Assembly (NCBI GenBank): GCA_042567505.1
Contig: JBHPJW010000004.1
Coordinates: forward strand, 1,151-65,150
Source: Fibrobacterota bacterium
GTDB lineage: Bacteria; Fibrobacterota; Fibrobacteria; UBA11236; JADFYW01
DNA: 64,000 nucleotides
Direction: 5' to 3'
The notes under the pieces were generated by a model. It searched no databases. It saw nothing but the letters and a program-made list of their open reading frames with translations, and was not told the origin of the DNA. Below, piece after piece: positions 1 to 9,391 of this stretch (position 1 is its first letter; each line of letters opens with the position of its first letter). Made by a program: the position numbers and the translations under genes.

Positions 1-135
1 TTGTCTTTCCAGGTCATTTTTTACCAGCGGTTCTTCCTTTGAAATAACGCCTAAAAATGCCAGGTTTATCTTGGCTTCACCCTCTATAGCTAATGCAAAG
101 CACAGGAAAAGCAAAAAAATGGAGTAGTATTTCAC
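1..135 (-). CDS. Partial CDS (N-terminus only, continues past the left edge); secreted or membrane-anchored protein of unknown function
   Basis: Minus-strand frame is open from GTG at 135 to position 1. It is absent from the ORF track because it is truncated. Translation VKYYSIFLLFLCFALAIEGEAKINLAFLG... has a signal-peptide-like hydrophobic N-terminus. It lies 66 nt downstream of the mutL stop on the same strand. Confidence 0.35.
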   Translation of the reverse strand, partial: MKYYSIFLLFLCFALAIEGEAKINLAFLGVISKEEPLVKNDLERQ

Positions 136-201
136 AGTTAAAATATCGGAAAAACCGGGAAAGACCTTTAAATTATGGTAACTAATATTTGATAAGGGGG
201 G

Positions 202-2028
202 TTATTGGCTATTAATTTTGAAATGCCTGTTGAATTCTTCCAATCGATAGCGGTGAATGACCACTTTTCCGGAAGGGGAAACCCAGGGATTTTTTGTAGC
301 AAACAGTCTGTCAATCAGGTTGGCCATTTTTTGATGGTCAAGAGGTTCTCCTGTCTCAATTCCTGCTCTTCCCGCATAGGCTCTGGCAATCCTGGTGAGT
401 AATTCCGGCGCTTCTTCAGAGTTTTTTTGCAGATCGGCTGACATTTCTAAAATTACCTGCCGGGCCTTGTTCTGATTCATTTCGGTGGGAATTCCTCTTA
501 GCTGGAAAGTCTCACCTCCAAAATAATCCAGATCGAATCCCAACAGATGAAAATAGTGCAGACAGTCATTTATCTGATGAGCCTCCTCTTTTCCGACCTC
601 GAGAATTTCTGTAAAAAGCAATTGCTGAGAACTGAATTTATTGGATGATTTCAGCGAGTCAAGGGCCTGTTCATAAAGGACACGTTCATGGGCTGCCCGC
701 TGATTGACAATCATCAACCCGCTCTGTACTTCAAAAAGAATGAAACGGTTATGCAATTGCAGATAGGGGATTTGAGTCACTGGAGTTTCATCCTGAAGTT
801 GGGACTGGTTTCCGTTGATGTTTTTATGGGGCGCAACAAGTGGATCAGGCCAGTTGACTAGATTTTGGAAATTTCGGGATGTTTGATCCTGTGACAGCAA
901 TGAGGTTTGTTCAGTAGAATGAGCGGAGTCCTCCTGTTGTTTTGATTCCGCAACATACATAAACTTCCCGGGTTCATTGAAGCTGGAGGAGAAACCTTCC
1001 GTGGAAGAGACATCGGGATACTCAAAAGACGGTGCGGATAGGACATTTTTTAGCGACTGTCGCACAGCAGTAACCAGGGACGAAAACACTTGGGATTCAT
1101 TTAAAAAACGGACCTCCCTTTTTGAGGGATGCACATTAACATCCACCACTTCCCTGGGAAGGTCTATAAATACCACACCGATTGGGCGCTTTCCCGGGGG
1201 GAGCGTCCCGTATCCTTGTGCAAAGGCCCTGGAAAGCATGGCGCTTCGCACACACCTGTTGTTGACGTAGAAAAATTGGTGGCTGCTGCGACCACGGCAT
1301 TGTTCAGGAGTTCCGGCATAGCCCCGCAGGCATATTTCCCCGTTTTCCCATTCGACTGGTACCATTTCATTATGTACGTTTGGACCGAATACTTCAGCAA
1401 CCCGTTTTTCCTGTGTATGCTGGTTCACAGAAAAAATCTCCCTATTCCCGTCAAGGATTATAAATGAAGATTCGTGATGGGCTAATGACAGTCTGGTAAC
1501 CACCTGGATGATTTTACTGATTTCGCTCCGGGAGCTCGCCATGAATTTTTTTCTGGCCGGAATATGGGTAAAAATGTTGCGCACAGAAACTGATGTTCCT
1601 GGATTTCTGCCTATTTCTTGAAATGATACCTCTTTTCCGCCTGAAACTGTAATTTCTGTGCCGGATTCTTCTGCTTCCTGTCGAGTTTCAATCTTCAGGT
1701 CAGCCACGGCAGCAATGCTTGAAAGCGCTTCTCCCCTGAAACCCATTGTGCCCACCTGTTCCAGGTCACTGGCGATACAAATCTTGCTGGTGGCATGCCT
1801 TTGCCATGCTTTGGAAATTTCGGCTTTGGGAATTCCGCACCCATTGTCGATTACTTTTATCAGGTCTTTACCGCCCCCCTCCAGAGAGATAACAATTTTT
1901 TTTGATCCTGCATCCAGAGAGTTTTCAACCAGTTCTTTTACAGCGGAGGCAGGCCTTTCAATCACCTCGCCTGCGGCTATTTTGTTTACTGTTTCCTCAG
2001 TCAGGATATTGATGGTGGAAGCGATCAT
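202..2028 (-). CDS. mutL: DNA mismatch repair protein MutL
   Basis: 608 aa. N-terminal GHKL ATPase motifs are present (INILTEETVNKIAAGEVIERPASAVKELVENSLDAG, DNGCGI, GFRGEAL), followed by a C-terminal dimerisation region. Confidence 0.95.
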   Translation of the reverse strand: MIASTINILTEETVNKIAAGEVIERPASAVKELVENSLDAGSKKIVISLEGGGKDLIKVIDNGCGIPKAEISKAWQRHATSKICIASDLEQVGTMGFRGEALSSIAAVADLKIETRQEAEESGTEITVSGGKEVSFQEIGRNPGTSVSVRNIFTHIPARKKFMASSRSEISKIIQVVTRLSLAHHESSFIILDGNREIFSVNQHTQEKRVAEVFGPNVHNEMVPVEWENGEICLRGYAGTPEQCRGRSSHQFFYVNNRCVRSAMLSRAFAQGYGTLPPGKRPIGVVFIDLPREVVDVNVHPSKREVRFLNESQVFSSLVTAVRQSLKNVLSAPSFEYPDVSSTEGFSSSFNEPGKFMYVAESKQQEDSAHSTEQTSLLSQDQTSRNFQNLVNWPDPLVAPHKNINGNQSQLQDETPVTQIPYLQLHNRFILFEVQSGLMIVNQRAAHERVLYEQALDSLKSSNKFSSQQLLFTEILEVGKEEAHQINDCLHYFHLLGFDLDYFGGETFQLRGIPTEMNQNKARQVILEMSADLQKNSEEAPELLTRIARAYAGRAGIETGEPLDHQKMANLIDRLFATKNPWVSPSGKVVIHRYRLEEFNRHFKINSQ

Positions 2029-2244
2029 GGTAAAAAAGTAACTATTTAATTTGTTTAGTAATTGGTTTTTTATGTTTGATGGCTGGCGATAAAAGCAAAT
2101 TGTGCTGTTTATTCATTACCTCTCAATGTCTGAGCAGTTGTGAACATATCCCATCATAGATTTGCTGTATATGTACTGGATTTGTAAATTTATCCCTGTT
2201 TTTTAAATAGATTTTAGAATATTAAAATTTACGGGATTAAGGTC

Positions 2245-3252
2245 ATGAAAATAAATAGCGCAATGGTTTTATGTATTACACTGTCATTCTACCAGCAGGG
2301 ATCCTGTTGGGACAGCGATAAAGACGGAATTCCCAATAAGTATGATGAATGTCGGAAAATAAAAGAAGACTTCGACAATTTTGAAGATACCGACGGTTGC
2401 CCGGATTTGGACAATGATAAGGATGGAGTGCCTGACACAAGGGATAAATGCCCCGATAAAGCCGAGGATTTGGATGGATTCGAAGACGTCAATGGGTGTC
2501 CGGATCCGGACAATGATCAGGATGGCATACCGGACAGTAAGGATAAATGCCCTAACCAGGCTGAAGATTTCGACTCCTTTGAAGACGCAGACGGATGCAA
2601 GGACACTGATAATGACAAGGACGGTGTTTCCGATGATAAGGACAAATGTCCTAATGCCAAGGAGGACAGAGATGGGTTCGAGGACGATAACGGTTGTCCG
2701 GACCTGGATAATGACAATGATGGCATCAAAGACGAAGTAGACAAATGTCCCAACCAGGCTGAAAACATTAACAATATGGAGGACGAAGATGGCTGTCCGG
2801 ACGTGGGCGAACTTCCCATTGAGGGATCTAAGTCTTATCCCGAGGTAAAATTCCGCACGGGAACAGATGAACTGACCTTTGAGTCATTCCGCTCTTTAGA
2901 CGCTCTGGCCAGAAAACTGGTCGCCTATAAGGATAAGCAGATAAAAATCCTGGTTTTTAAACCCTTCGCAATTAATGAAAAGACTTCCCTGGACATCCTG
3001 GCTGCTCAACATAAGGCTTTGGTGGAGTATCTTATTTCCAAGGGCGCATCCCCAAACCAATTGGCACCCGGGGATTTCAGCCCGGAGGCTTACCAAAAAG
3101 TCAAGGATTCAGATAAGGATTTCAACCAGGAAAAACCCGTGGAGATACATTTGACAAGTTTCACGCCGGGGCCGGGCTCAGTTCCCGAGTCTTCTCCGCT
3201 TCCGACTGCTGATTCGGTAATAAATGCCGCTCCTCATGACACGGTTAAATAA
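2245..3252 (+). CDS. Thrombospondin type-3 (calcium-binding) repeat protein with a divergent OmpA-like C-terminal region
   Basis: Signal-like N-terminus. Five tandem 33-aa units of the form DxDxDGxxDxxDKCP...EDxDGFEDxxGCPD. The C-terminal ~130 aa (KFRTGTDELTFESFRSLDALARKL...) only weakly resembles an OmpA-like domain. Confidence 0.7.
   Translation: MKINSAMVLCITLSFYQQGSCWDSDKDGIPNKYDECRKIKEDFDNFEDTDGCPDLDNDKDGVPDTRDKCPDKAEDLDGFEDVNGCPDPDNDQDGIPDSKDKCPNQAEDFDSFEDADGCKDTDNDKDGVSDDKDKCPNAKEDRDGFEDDNGCPDLDNDNDGIKDEVDKCPNQAENINNMEDEDGCPDVGELPIEGSKSYPEVKFRTGTDELTFESFRSLDALARKLVAYKDKQIKILVFKPFAINEKTSLDILAAQHKALVEYLISKGASPNQLAPGDFSPEAYQKVKDSDKDFNQEKPVEIHLTSFTPGPGSVPESSPLPTADSVINAAPHDTVK
2311..2805 (+). 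repeat. Five tandem 99-nt (33-codon) coding repeats encoding TSP3 units
   Basis: The periodicity is read directly from the translation (DSDKDG..., DNDKDG..., DNDQDG..., DNDKDG..., DNDNDG...). The same repeat explains the long spurious ORFs in other frames at 2289-2819. Confidence 0.8.
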
Positions 3253-3345
3253 GCTTTTCCCCGGAGGCTCTCTGGTGAGTCAATAGTTCCCCATCTGAGG
3301 AACCGGCAGGCCAGTCCCGGGAATCTAAATGCTGAAAGATGAACT

Positions 3346-4167
3346 GTGAAGCACCCTTCTTTTATTTTATTGTCCTTTCTCCTGGCCATGTCATCTCCAG
3401 GCCAGAATCCGAAGGGTTCATCACCCAAGGCCTGGATTGGGATTTCTTTTCTCGATGTTTCTTCCTCCAAAATTCCCCCTCAATATAAACATCGGACTAA
3501 AAACGGAGCTGTCCGGATACAGCAGGTATTTAAGGACGCCTCCGGAGATCAGGCGGGTCTGCAACCGGGGGATTTTATTCTCGCTATTGACCGTGTTCCT
3601 CTGGACGGACGGAAAACGCTTATTGAGTCTGTCAGCAGCAAATCTGTGGGTCAGGTTGTGGAACTGAAGATTGGACGGGGAGAAAAAATCTTTCATCAGA
3701 AAATGGCCCTTTCACCCCGGCCGGAGGACATGAAAGCCATTACCAGGCTCCTGATCGGAAGCAAGGCCCCTCCCTTGGACGGGTCCTACTATTCCAAGCA
3801 TGGCGGCAGTCTGGAAGAAAACCGGGGCAAGATAATCATCCTTGATTTCTGGGCGACTTGGTGCAGCCCCTGCTTGATGACACTGCCGATTCTGGAGGAA
3901 TTGAACAGGGATTATTACTCCCGGGGGGTGAGAATCATTGGTATAAGCTCTGAACCTCTGGAGACACTCAAATCATTTCAGCAGAAGCATCCGCATAACT
4001 ATGCCCTGTTCCACGATGACTCCCAGCAAACCCAAAAAAAATACATGGCCTGGTCGTATCCCACACTGGTATATATTGACCGTTATGGGATAATCCAACG
4101 GATTGAAGCCGGGGCCAGATCAAAAGAGCATATAGAAAGCAGGATACGGGAACTGCTGGGTTTATAA
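3346..4167 (+). CDS. Periplasmic PDZ-domain thiol:disulfide oxidoreductase (TlpA/ResA-like thioredoxin fold)
   Basis: Signal peptide, PDZ-like segment (GLQPGDFILAIDRVPLDG) and thioredoxin CxxC motif in ILDFWATWCSPC. GTG start. Confidence 0.8.
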   Translation: MKHPSFILLSFLLAMSSPGQNPKGSSPKAWIGISFLDVSSSKIPPQYKHRTKNGAVRIQQVFKDASGDQAGLQPGDFILAIDRVPLDGRKTLIESVSSKSVGQVVELKIGRGEKIFHQKMALSPRPEDMKAITRLLIGSKAPPLDGSYYSKHGGSLEENRGKIIILDFWATWCSPCLMTLPILEELNRDYYSRGVRIIGISSEPLETLKSFQQKHPHNYALFHDDSQQTQKKYMAWSYPTLVYIDRYGIIQRIEAGARSKEHIESRIRELLGL

Positions 4168-4194
4168 ATCCCTATTTTTTATAAATTGTGAGAA

Positions 4195-4401
4195 ATGGAT
4201 GAAACTGATAAGCAAAAGACATTAGGTATAAACCGGGACAAGTGCATATCCTGCGCGGGATGCGTGGGGCTGTGTCCGCAACTGGCCCTGGACATGTACC
4301 AGACAGAACTCCAGATATTTCAGAAGGAGTGTAATTTTTGCCGCATATGTGTCCGCTTTTGCCCTCTGGGAGCGTTAAGGATTGAAAAAGAAAAAGTATG
4401 A
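4195..4401 (+). CDS. 2x[4Fe-4S] ferredoxin
   Basis: 68 aa with two CxxCxxCxxxCP motifs (CISCAGCVGLCP and CNFCRICVRFCP). Confidence 0.85.
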   Translation: MDETDKQKTLGINRDKCISCAGCVGLCPQLALDMYQTELQIFQKECNFCRICVRFCPLGALRIEKEKV

Positions 4402-5590
4402 CGTGGCGGTGATAGGAGCCGGCCCGGCGGGCAGCGTATGCGCTAAAAACCTGGCGGGTATGGGCTATGATGTCCTGTTATGTGAAAAACGGCCGGTGGT
4501 GGGCGTTCCGGTAAGGTGTGGCGAGGCAACGGGAGCCAGAAAACGTCTTTCTGAATTTGCGCAGGTTAATGAAGACTGGATTGAAACAGACATACACGGC
4601 GTTATGCTGCACGCCGGCAGCCTGGATATCCGGTATGATAAACATGACATCGGGCTTATGATAGACCGCGCTCTGTTTGACCAGGACCTTGCGGGGCAGG
4701 CCGAGCGGGCGGGCGCCGAACTCTGTCTGAATGCCAGAGTTTCGGATGTCCTCTCTACACAGAATAAACACCGGGGTGTCAGGGTAGTTTATGACGGTCA
4801 GGAAGAGGAAATTCAGGCCTCCGTGGTCATAGGCGCGGACGGTGCGGAGACCCTGTGCGGCCGGTGGGCGGGATTGAAATGCCGGCATTTGCCTTCCCGC
4901 ACCTGTTCGGCCCTGGAATTCCGGATAGAAGGGGAATATGAATATCCCAACCATCTTTCCTTCTGGACCGCTTTTTCCGGAATAGATACAGGTTATGTGT
5001 GGGTGTTTCCCAAGCTGAAATCACAAGTGATAAACATAGGGGCTGGAAATATCACGCCCGGGCTGAACGAACCCAACATGCATGAGACTTTAATGAAGTT
5101 CAAGCAGGAATATTTTCCGGATTATAAGATCCTGGCTGCACACGGGGGAGCGGTGCCGGTAAGCGGCAACCTGGAAGAATCTGTTTCGGACAGATTTCTG
5201 CTGGCCGGGGACGCGGCCCATCACACCAATCCGCTCACCGGTGGAGGCATTATGAGCTCGATGCAGGCAGGTTTTCTGGCTTCAAAATGGGTACACAGGG
5301 CTTTCGTCAAGGGTGATTTTTCCCGGGATTTTTTTAGGAGATATGAAGAGGATTGTTGGGATAAAATCGGAAAGAGCCACCGGAGGCAGATGAGAATTCG
5401 GGATTTTATCCTAGGCCTGACGCAGCAGGAAGAAGAAAGGTTTTTTCAAATAATAAAGAGCATGGCCGAAAGCGGTTTTTCCTTGGTTTCAAAAGCGTTG
5501 GGTTACGGCCGGATATACGGGTTAATGTTGCGTAATCCCGGGTTAGTCTGGCGCATCCTGCAGGACACCCGAAAACCGTTTAAAGCATGA
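4382..5590 (+). CDS. Geranylgeranyl reductase family FAD-dependent oxidoreductase
   Basis: FAD dinucleotide fold YDVAVIGAGPAGS, then VRCGE and LAGDAAHHTNPLTGGGI motifs typical of the geranylgeranyl reductase family. The TTG start overlaps the ferredoxin 3' end by 20 nt; an alternative GTG lies at 4403. Confidence 0.8.
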   Translation: MKKKKYDVAVIGAGPAGSVCAKNLAGMGYDVLLCEKRPVVGVPVRCGEATGARKRLSEFAQVNEDWIETDIHGVMLHAGSLDIRYDKHDIGLMIDRALFDQDLAGQAERAGAELCLNARVSDVLSTQNKHRGVRVVYDGQEEEIQASVVIGADGAETLCGRWAGLKCRHLPSRTCSALEFRIEGEYEYPNHLSFWTAFSGIDTGYVWVFPKLKSQVINIGAGNITPGLNEPNMHETLMKFKQEYFPDYKILAAHGGAVPVSGNLEESVSDRFLLAGDAAHHTNPLTGGGIMSSMQAGFLASKWVHRAFVKGDFSRDFFRRYEEDCWDKIGKSHRRQMRIRDFILGLTQQEEERFFQIIKSMAESGFSLVSKALGYGRIYGLMLRNPGLVWRILQDTRKPFKA

Positions 5591-5671
5591 ATCGTGGATT
5601 CTTATGTGTCACGAGGTCTTCTTCGTCCCCGCGGTAATGTCATTCCCCGGCTTCTTGCGGGAAGAATACGA

Positions 5672-6169
5672 TTACTCCAAAACTCTCATGTTATCAAGAA
5701 CATTTGCCATGGAATCGAGCCTGGTAAACCTGGCCCAAACCGTATCTTTCAGGTCTTTCATTTCTATGAATTTTTTGCCGGTCTTTATCCTGAGCGCATA
5801 ATTGAGATGGCTTTTCCATGGCGAGACCGTCCCGGATAATAACTCCCTAATCTTATCATTTCTTCGGACTTGAATAAAAGATATCATGTCCTCGTCAAGA
5901 ATGTATTTCCCTTTTTCCTCATTAGATAAGTCGTCTTGCAGGAATTCTTCTAATAAATAAGTGCTGTCCTTATTAAAGGTTATGGCGATTGTATATATAG
6001 ATGTGTCGTTATAAACCAGCACGGTGTCCTTAAACTGAAATCTTCCTTCCAGAGCCAGCGTTTCTTTCTTTTTTTCAATTTTACAATTTAATATGACAAC
6101 TGAAAATAGCGCAGAGAGGGTCCACCGGATGAAAAGGTGAAGACTACTATGGTTTACATCCATCTTCAT
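5672..6169 (-). CDS. Hypothetical small secreted or lipid-anchored protein
   Basis: 165 aa with an N-terminal hydrophobic anchor (LSALFSVVILNC). No recognisable catalytic motif. It is convergent with the reductase gene and divergent from the next gene. The competing plus-strand ORFs at 5594-5839 look non-coding. Confidence 0.5.
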   Translation of the reverse strand: MKMDVNHSSLHLFIRWTLSALFSVVILNCKIEKKKETLALEGRFQFKDTVLVYNDTSIYTIAITFNKDSTYLLEEFLQDDLSNEEKGKYILDEDMISFIQVRRNDKIRELLSGTVSPWKSHLNYALRIKTGKKFIEMKDLKDTVWARFTRLDSMANVLDNMRVLE

Positions 6170-6354
6170 TTCCTTATTCTAAAAGTACAGATTACAGGTC
6201 CTTTCTGGCAATTTGAATTCTCTGCGATTGTGCGGATCCTGGCCGTATGAGCCAGAAACCCTACGTTTTCATTTTTTTTAACGAAATACTTGTTTTTTAT
6301 TTATCGTTTTCTATTATTATTCGTTAACCTTAGTTTTATGCAGGAGAAATAATT

Positions 6355-7647
6355 ATGAGAAAAGTGCTTCCCATCCTATTCAGCATACTGCTTTCGGGCT
6401 GTTCTCGAAGCGGGAATTATCCGGCAAGCCCGGAAGCAAGTGCGCTGCAAGGGTCGCTGAGGATAATTCTCAGGACTGCGGCCCTTTCTAAAAATAGTGC
6501 TGGTGCAATAAATCCCTCCATAGATTCTATTGCAATTTCGGTCTCAGGGACTGATATGGACAACATGATCCAGGCTTTCAAAACGGATGAGCTGGTACTG
6601 GAAATACATGGAATACCGCCGGGCGAAGGCCGGTTGGTGGAAGCCGGGTTGTTTGATACTGCCGGAGTTATGATTTATCAGGGGACGGCGGCCAATGTGG
6701 CCATTTTGGCTGGCGCCGGCAACCAAATCTCCATCAACTGTTTTCCAGTGTTTTCTGAAGTAATCGCCACCTTCCCTTTGGGGAAGGATAATCCATTGCA
6801 GGTCGCGGGTGGCGTCTTGTCTCTTATCAAAGGCCCAGACACAGCCAGCGCTGATCTGAGCATTATTGGCGGTGAAATCGGCCGGTTTTACCTGCCCAGA
6901 ATAAAAGGCGGAGAAAAATACGAAATCCAGGCATATTTAGAATTGGCCGACGGTACGATTATCTATCAGAATCAAAATTCCGATTCCATTCACATACCTG
7001 AAGGAGAATCTGTTTCTTTCGAACTTGGGATGGTTTCTAAGCTTGGTAAGGCCGCTTTGGAGCTGATTTTAAATCCTGAGTCCAGGGTAAACATGAGTAT
7101 AAGAACTCAGGACGCCATCAGGCGTCCGCCAGGACAAGGCGAGATTATTTTTACGGAATTTTTTCCGCAACCCTCTTCAAATGACAAGGGTTCAGACGGT
7201 GAATGGTTGGAGATCTATAACCGTTCCATGGATACATTGCTGCTTGATGGTTGCCGGATTGCCAAGTCCCGTACCGCCACCAGCGTCACCACGCGACATG
7301 ACCTGGACTCAGGGACGGTACTACTGCCGGGCGGTCTTTTAGTATTCGGGCGCGATAGTGTTACTTTTAGCGATTACCCCTATGCTTTGAGCCTGGTCGG
7401 GACAAAGCAGAGTATACTGTTTGTGTGTGAGGACAACGGCAAAGATGTTCTCGTTGATTCTGTCAGCTACACGTCTGAATATCCGCCTCAGGATTCCATT
7501 GCCAGCCAGGAGGGCCTTGTGTCTTCTCTGGTTTCTGCCAAAATAGGTGAACCGGCTGCTGCAGATAACTGGTGCCTTACAAAAATGGCTGAGGACGCTA
7601 CCTATGGCGCAGCAACTCCGGGGGAAGTGTTGTCAAACTGCCTCTGA
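6355..7647 (+). CDS. Lipoprotein with a C-terminal lamin-tail-domain (LTD)-like module
   Basis: Lipobox LLSGCS. C-terminal IIFTEFFPQPSSNDKGSDGEWLEIYNRS...LDGCRI matches the LTD signature. SD AGGAGA lies upstream of the ATG. Confidence 0.6.
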   Translation: MRKVLPILFSILLSGCSRSGNYPASPEASALQGSLRIILRTAALSKNSAGAINPSIDSIAISVSGTDMDNMIQAFKTDELVLEIHGIPPGEGRLVEAGLFDTAGVMIYQGTAANVAILAGAGNQISINCFPVFSEVIATFPLGKDNPLQVAGGVLSLIKGPDTASADLSIIGGEIGRFYLPRIKGGEKYEIQAYLELADGTIIYQNQNSDSIHIPEGESVSFELGMVSKLGKAALELILNPESRVNMSIRTQDAIRRPPGQGEIIFTEFFPQPSSNDKGSDGEWLEIYNRSMDTLLLDGCRIAKSRTATSVTTRHDLDSGTVLLPGGLLVFGRDSVTFSDYPYALSLVGTKQSILFVCEDNGKDVLVDSVSYTSEYPPQDSIASQEGLVSSLVSAKIGEPAAADNWCLTKMAEDATYGAATPGEVLSNCL

Positions 7648-7840
7648 ATCAGGGACGAACGGGGTCAGGTAAAAGGTAATTTGAACACCAGATAAGGAAT
7701 TCATCTGTTGGTTTTTTGTGCGAAGGAACTCGATGCCTGCTGCACGAAAGAGATGCCCGCAGTGATTAACCATTGTTTATCGGAAATCGTTAACTGATAG
7801 GCGGTGGAAATAGTAATTTGTTGCTACCAAGTGTTGCGCC

Positions 7841-8656
7841 GTGAATGCCCTTGCATTTTTTAAGAGCAGCGCCAAAGGTGATACTATGCCGCAAATTGAT
7901 ATCCGGAAACTGATAGCAATCGCAAGGGATGCTGGTGAGGAAATCCTGACTGTCTATCAAAGAGAAATTAAAATTGAATACAAGGGAAACAGGACCCCTC
8001 TAACCGAAGCCGACAAAAAGTCCAATCAATTGATTAAGGACAGGCTGAACGGGCTATACCCGGAAATACCCTTGCTGTCTGAAGAAGAAAGGGAAATCAG
8101 CTATGCGGAACGGAAAAAATGGGAGTATTACTGGCTAATAGATCCTCTGGATGGGACAAAGGAATTTATCAAGAAAAATGGGGAATTTACGGTAAATATT
8201 GCATTAATAAATAAAAACAGGCCGGTTGCCGGTGTGGTTTATGCGCCGGCCATGCAGCTTTTATACTATGCGGAAAGAGGCAATGGGTGTTATAAGCAAA
8301 AAAGCGATAATCCACCTGAAAAAATAGTCCCCTCAAGGGCCTTTGCCAGGGAGACGTTGGTGATAGCGGGCAGCCGTTCTCACCCCAGTGAGGATTTTAA
8401 ACAATTTATAAGAAAATTAACTGATGAGCATGGAAAAGTCGAAGTCCTATCCATTGGCAGTTCCCTGAAAATCTGCCTGGTAGCGGAGGGGAAAGCGGAT
8501 ATTTATCCAAGATTGGGCCCCACCATGGAATGGGACACGGCTGCCGCCCACGCGGTGGCCAATGAAGCGGGAAAAAAGATCTTGCGCTTCCATTCCGGAG
8601 GGGAATTAGTTTATAATAAGGAACATTTGGTTAACGATTGGTTCATAGTAAAGTAA
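7841..8656 (+). CDS. cysQ: 3'(2'),5'-bisphosphate nucleotidase CysQ (inositol monophosphatase superfamily)
   Basis: Motifs LLSEEE, WLIDPLDGTKEF and EWDTAAAHAV. GTG start at 7841; an alternative ATG at 7886 (MPQIDIRK) is equally plausible. Confidence 0.85.
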   Translation: MNALAFFKSSAKGDTMPQIDIRKLIAIARDAGEEILTVYQREIKIEYKGNRTPLTEADKKSNQLIKDRLNGLYPEIPLLSEEEREISYAERKKWEYYWLIDPLDGTKEFIKKNGEFTVNIALINKNRPVAGVVYAPAMQLLYYAERGNGCYKQKSDNPPEKIVPSRAFARETLVIAGSRSHPSEDFKQFIRKLTDEHGKVEVLSIGSSLKICLVAEGKADIYPRLGPTMEWDTAAAHAVANEAGKKILRFHSGGELVYNKEHLVNDWFIVK

Positions 8657-8661
8657 CGGTC

Positions 8662-9216
8662 ATGAAAACGGAGAGGGCTTTTAACGAGAACGAGAAGGAG
8701 AAGTGGTATGCTGTCTATACCAGATCCAAATGCGAGAAAGTGGTAAAGAAAGATATTTCCGAGTATTGCGTTGTTTATCTGCCCATCCAAATCGTAAAGA
8801 GGAAATGGTCTGACCGGTATAAAAAACTTGAAGTCCCGCTCATTCCTTCTTATGTGTTTGCAAAATTTTCAGGCAATAATCGCTTCAGGATATACAGGCA
8901 TCCCAATGTTGTCACTATCGTGGGAATAAATGGCAGGCCAAATCCAATACCCGAGAAAGAAATCGATCTTGTCCGCCGGATAGAAGCCAGCCGGCTGCCA
9001 TTTCAGTTTACCAGAAGTGATTACCATTTAAATCTGGGGGACAAGCTCCTGTTTAATTCAGGGCCTCTGATGGGCGAGGAGGGATATCTGCAGAGATTTT
9101 TAAATAATTCCAAGGTTTATCTTCATGTACCCTCATTAAATGGATATTTTGTAGCCGACATCAAAAAAGTATCGCCGCATTATTCGGAGATGGAAATAGA
9201 AGAAGTCTTTGGCTAG
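8662..9216 (+). CDS. UpxY-family (NusG-like) transcription antiterminator
   Basis: NGN-like N-terminus WYAVYTRSKCEKVVKKDI...LPIQIVKRKWSDRYKKLEVPLIPSYVFAKF and a KOW-like C-terminus (GDKLLFNSGPLMGEEGYL). I prefer the ATG at 8662, 6 nt after the cysQ stop, over the track start at 8638. Confidence 0.7.
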   Translation: MKTERAFNENEKEKWYAVYTRSKCEKVVKKDISEYCVVYLPIQIVKRKWSDRYKKLEVPLIPSYVFAKFSGNNRFRIYRHPNVVTIVGINGRPNPIPEKEIDLVRRIEASRLPFQFTRSDYHLNLGDKLLFNSGPLMGEEGYLQRFLNNSKVYLHVPSLNGYFVADIKKVSPHYSEMEIEEVFG

Positions 9217-9391
9217 ACATTTTTTTATGATAAATAGAACCGCATCACCTCAACCAGCTTTCCAGAATCCATACATGAGAAGGAGATTGCATCGAGGAAC
9301 GGGCTACCGGTGATATCTCCAGTTTCTTGAAGAAGATCCGTTTCTGGCGATGGAGATTATTACGATTCTTTTAGTAAACAAGTCTTGAGGC

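Noticed and set aside
2157-2164. TAGATTTG matching the Bacteroidetes-type -7 promoter motif TAnnTTTG, upstream of the TSP3 gene
   Set aside because: A single 8-mer in an AT-rich spacer is not enough evidence. Similar searches upstream of other genes in the window did not give consistent hits, so it supports neither a promoter call nor a phylum assignment.
2289-2819. ORFs 2289..2513(-), 2381..2740(+) and 2517..2819(-)
   Set aside because: These are artefacts of the 99-nt tandem coding repeat, which keeps other frames open. Their products are low-complexity.
7687-7717. Hairpin plus T-tract after the LTD lipoprotein gene as an intrinsic terminator
   Set aside because: The stem is only about 5 bp (CAGAT/ATCTG) and AU-rich. 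It has a 9-nt loop, and 4 nt separate the stem from the T-run. This is too weak to call.
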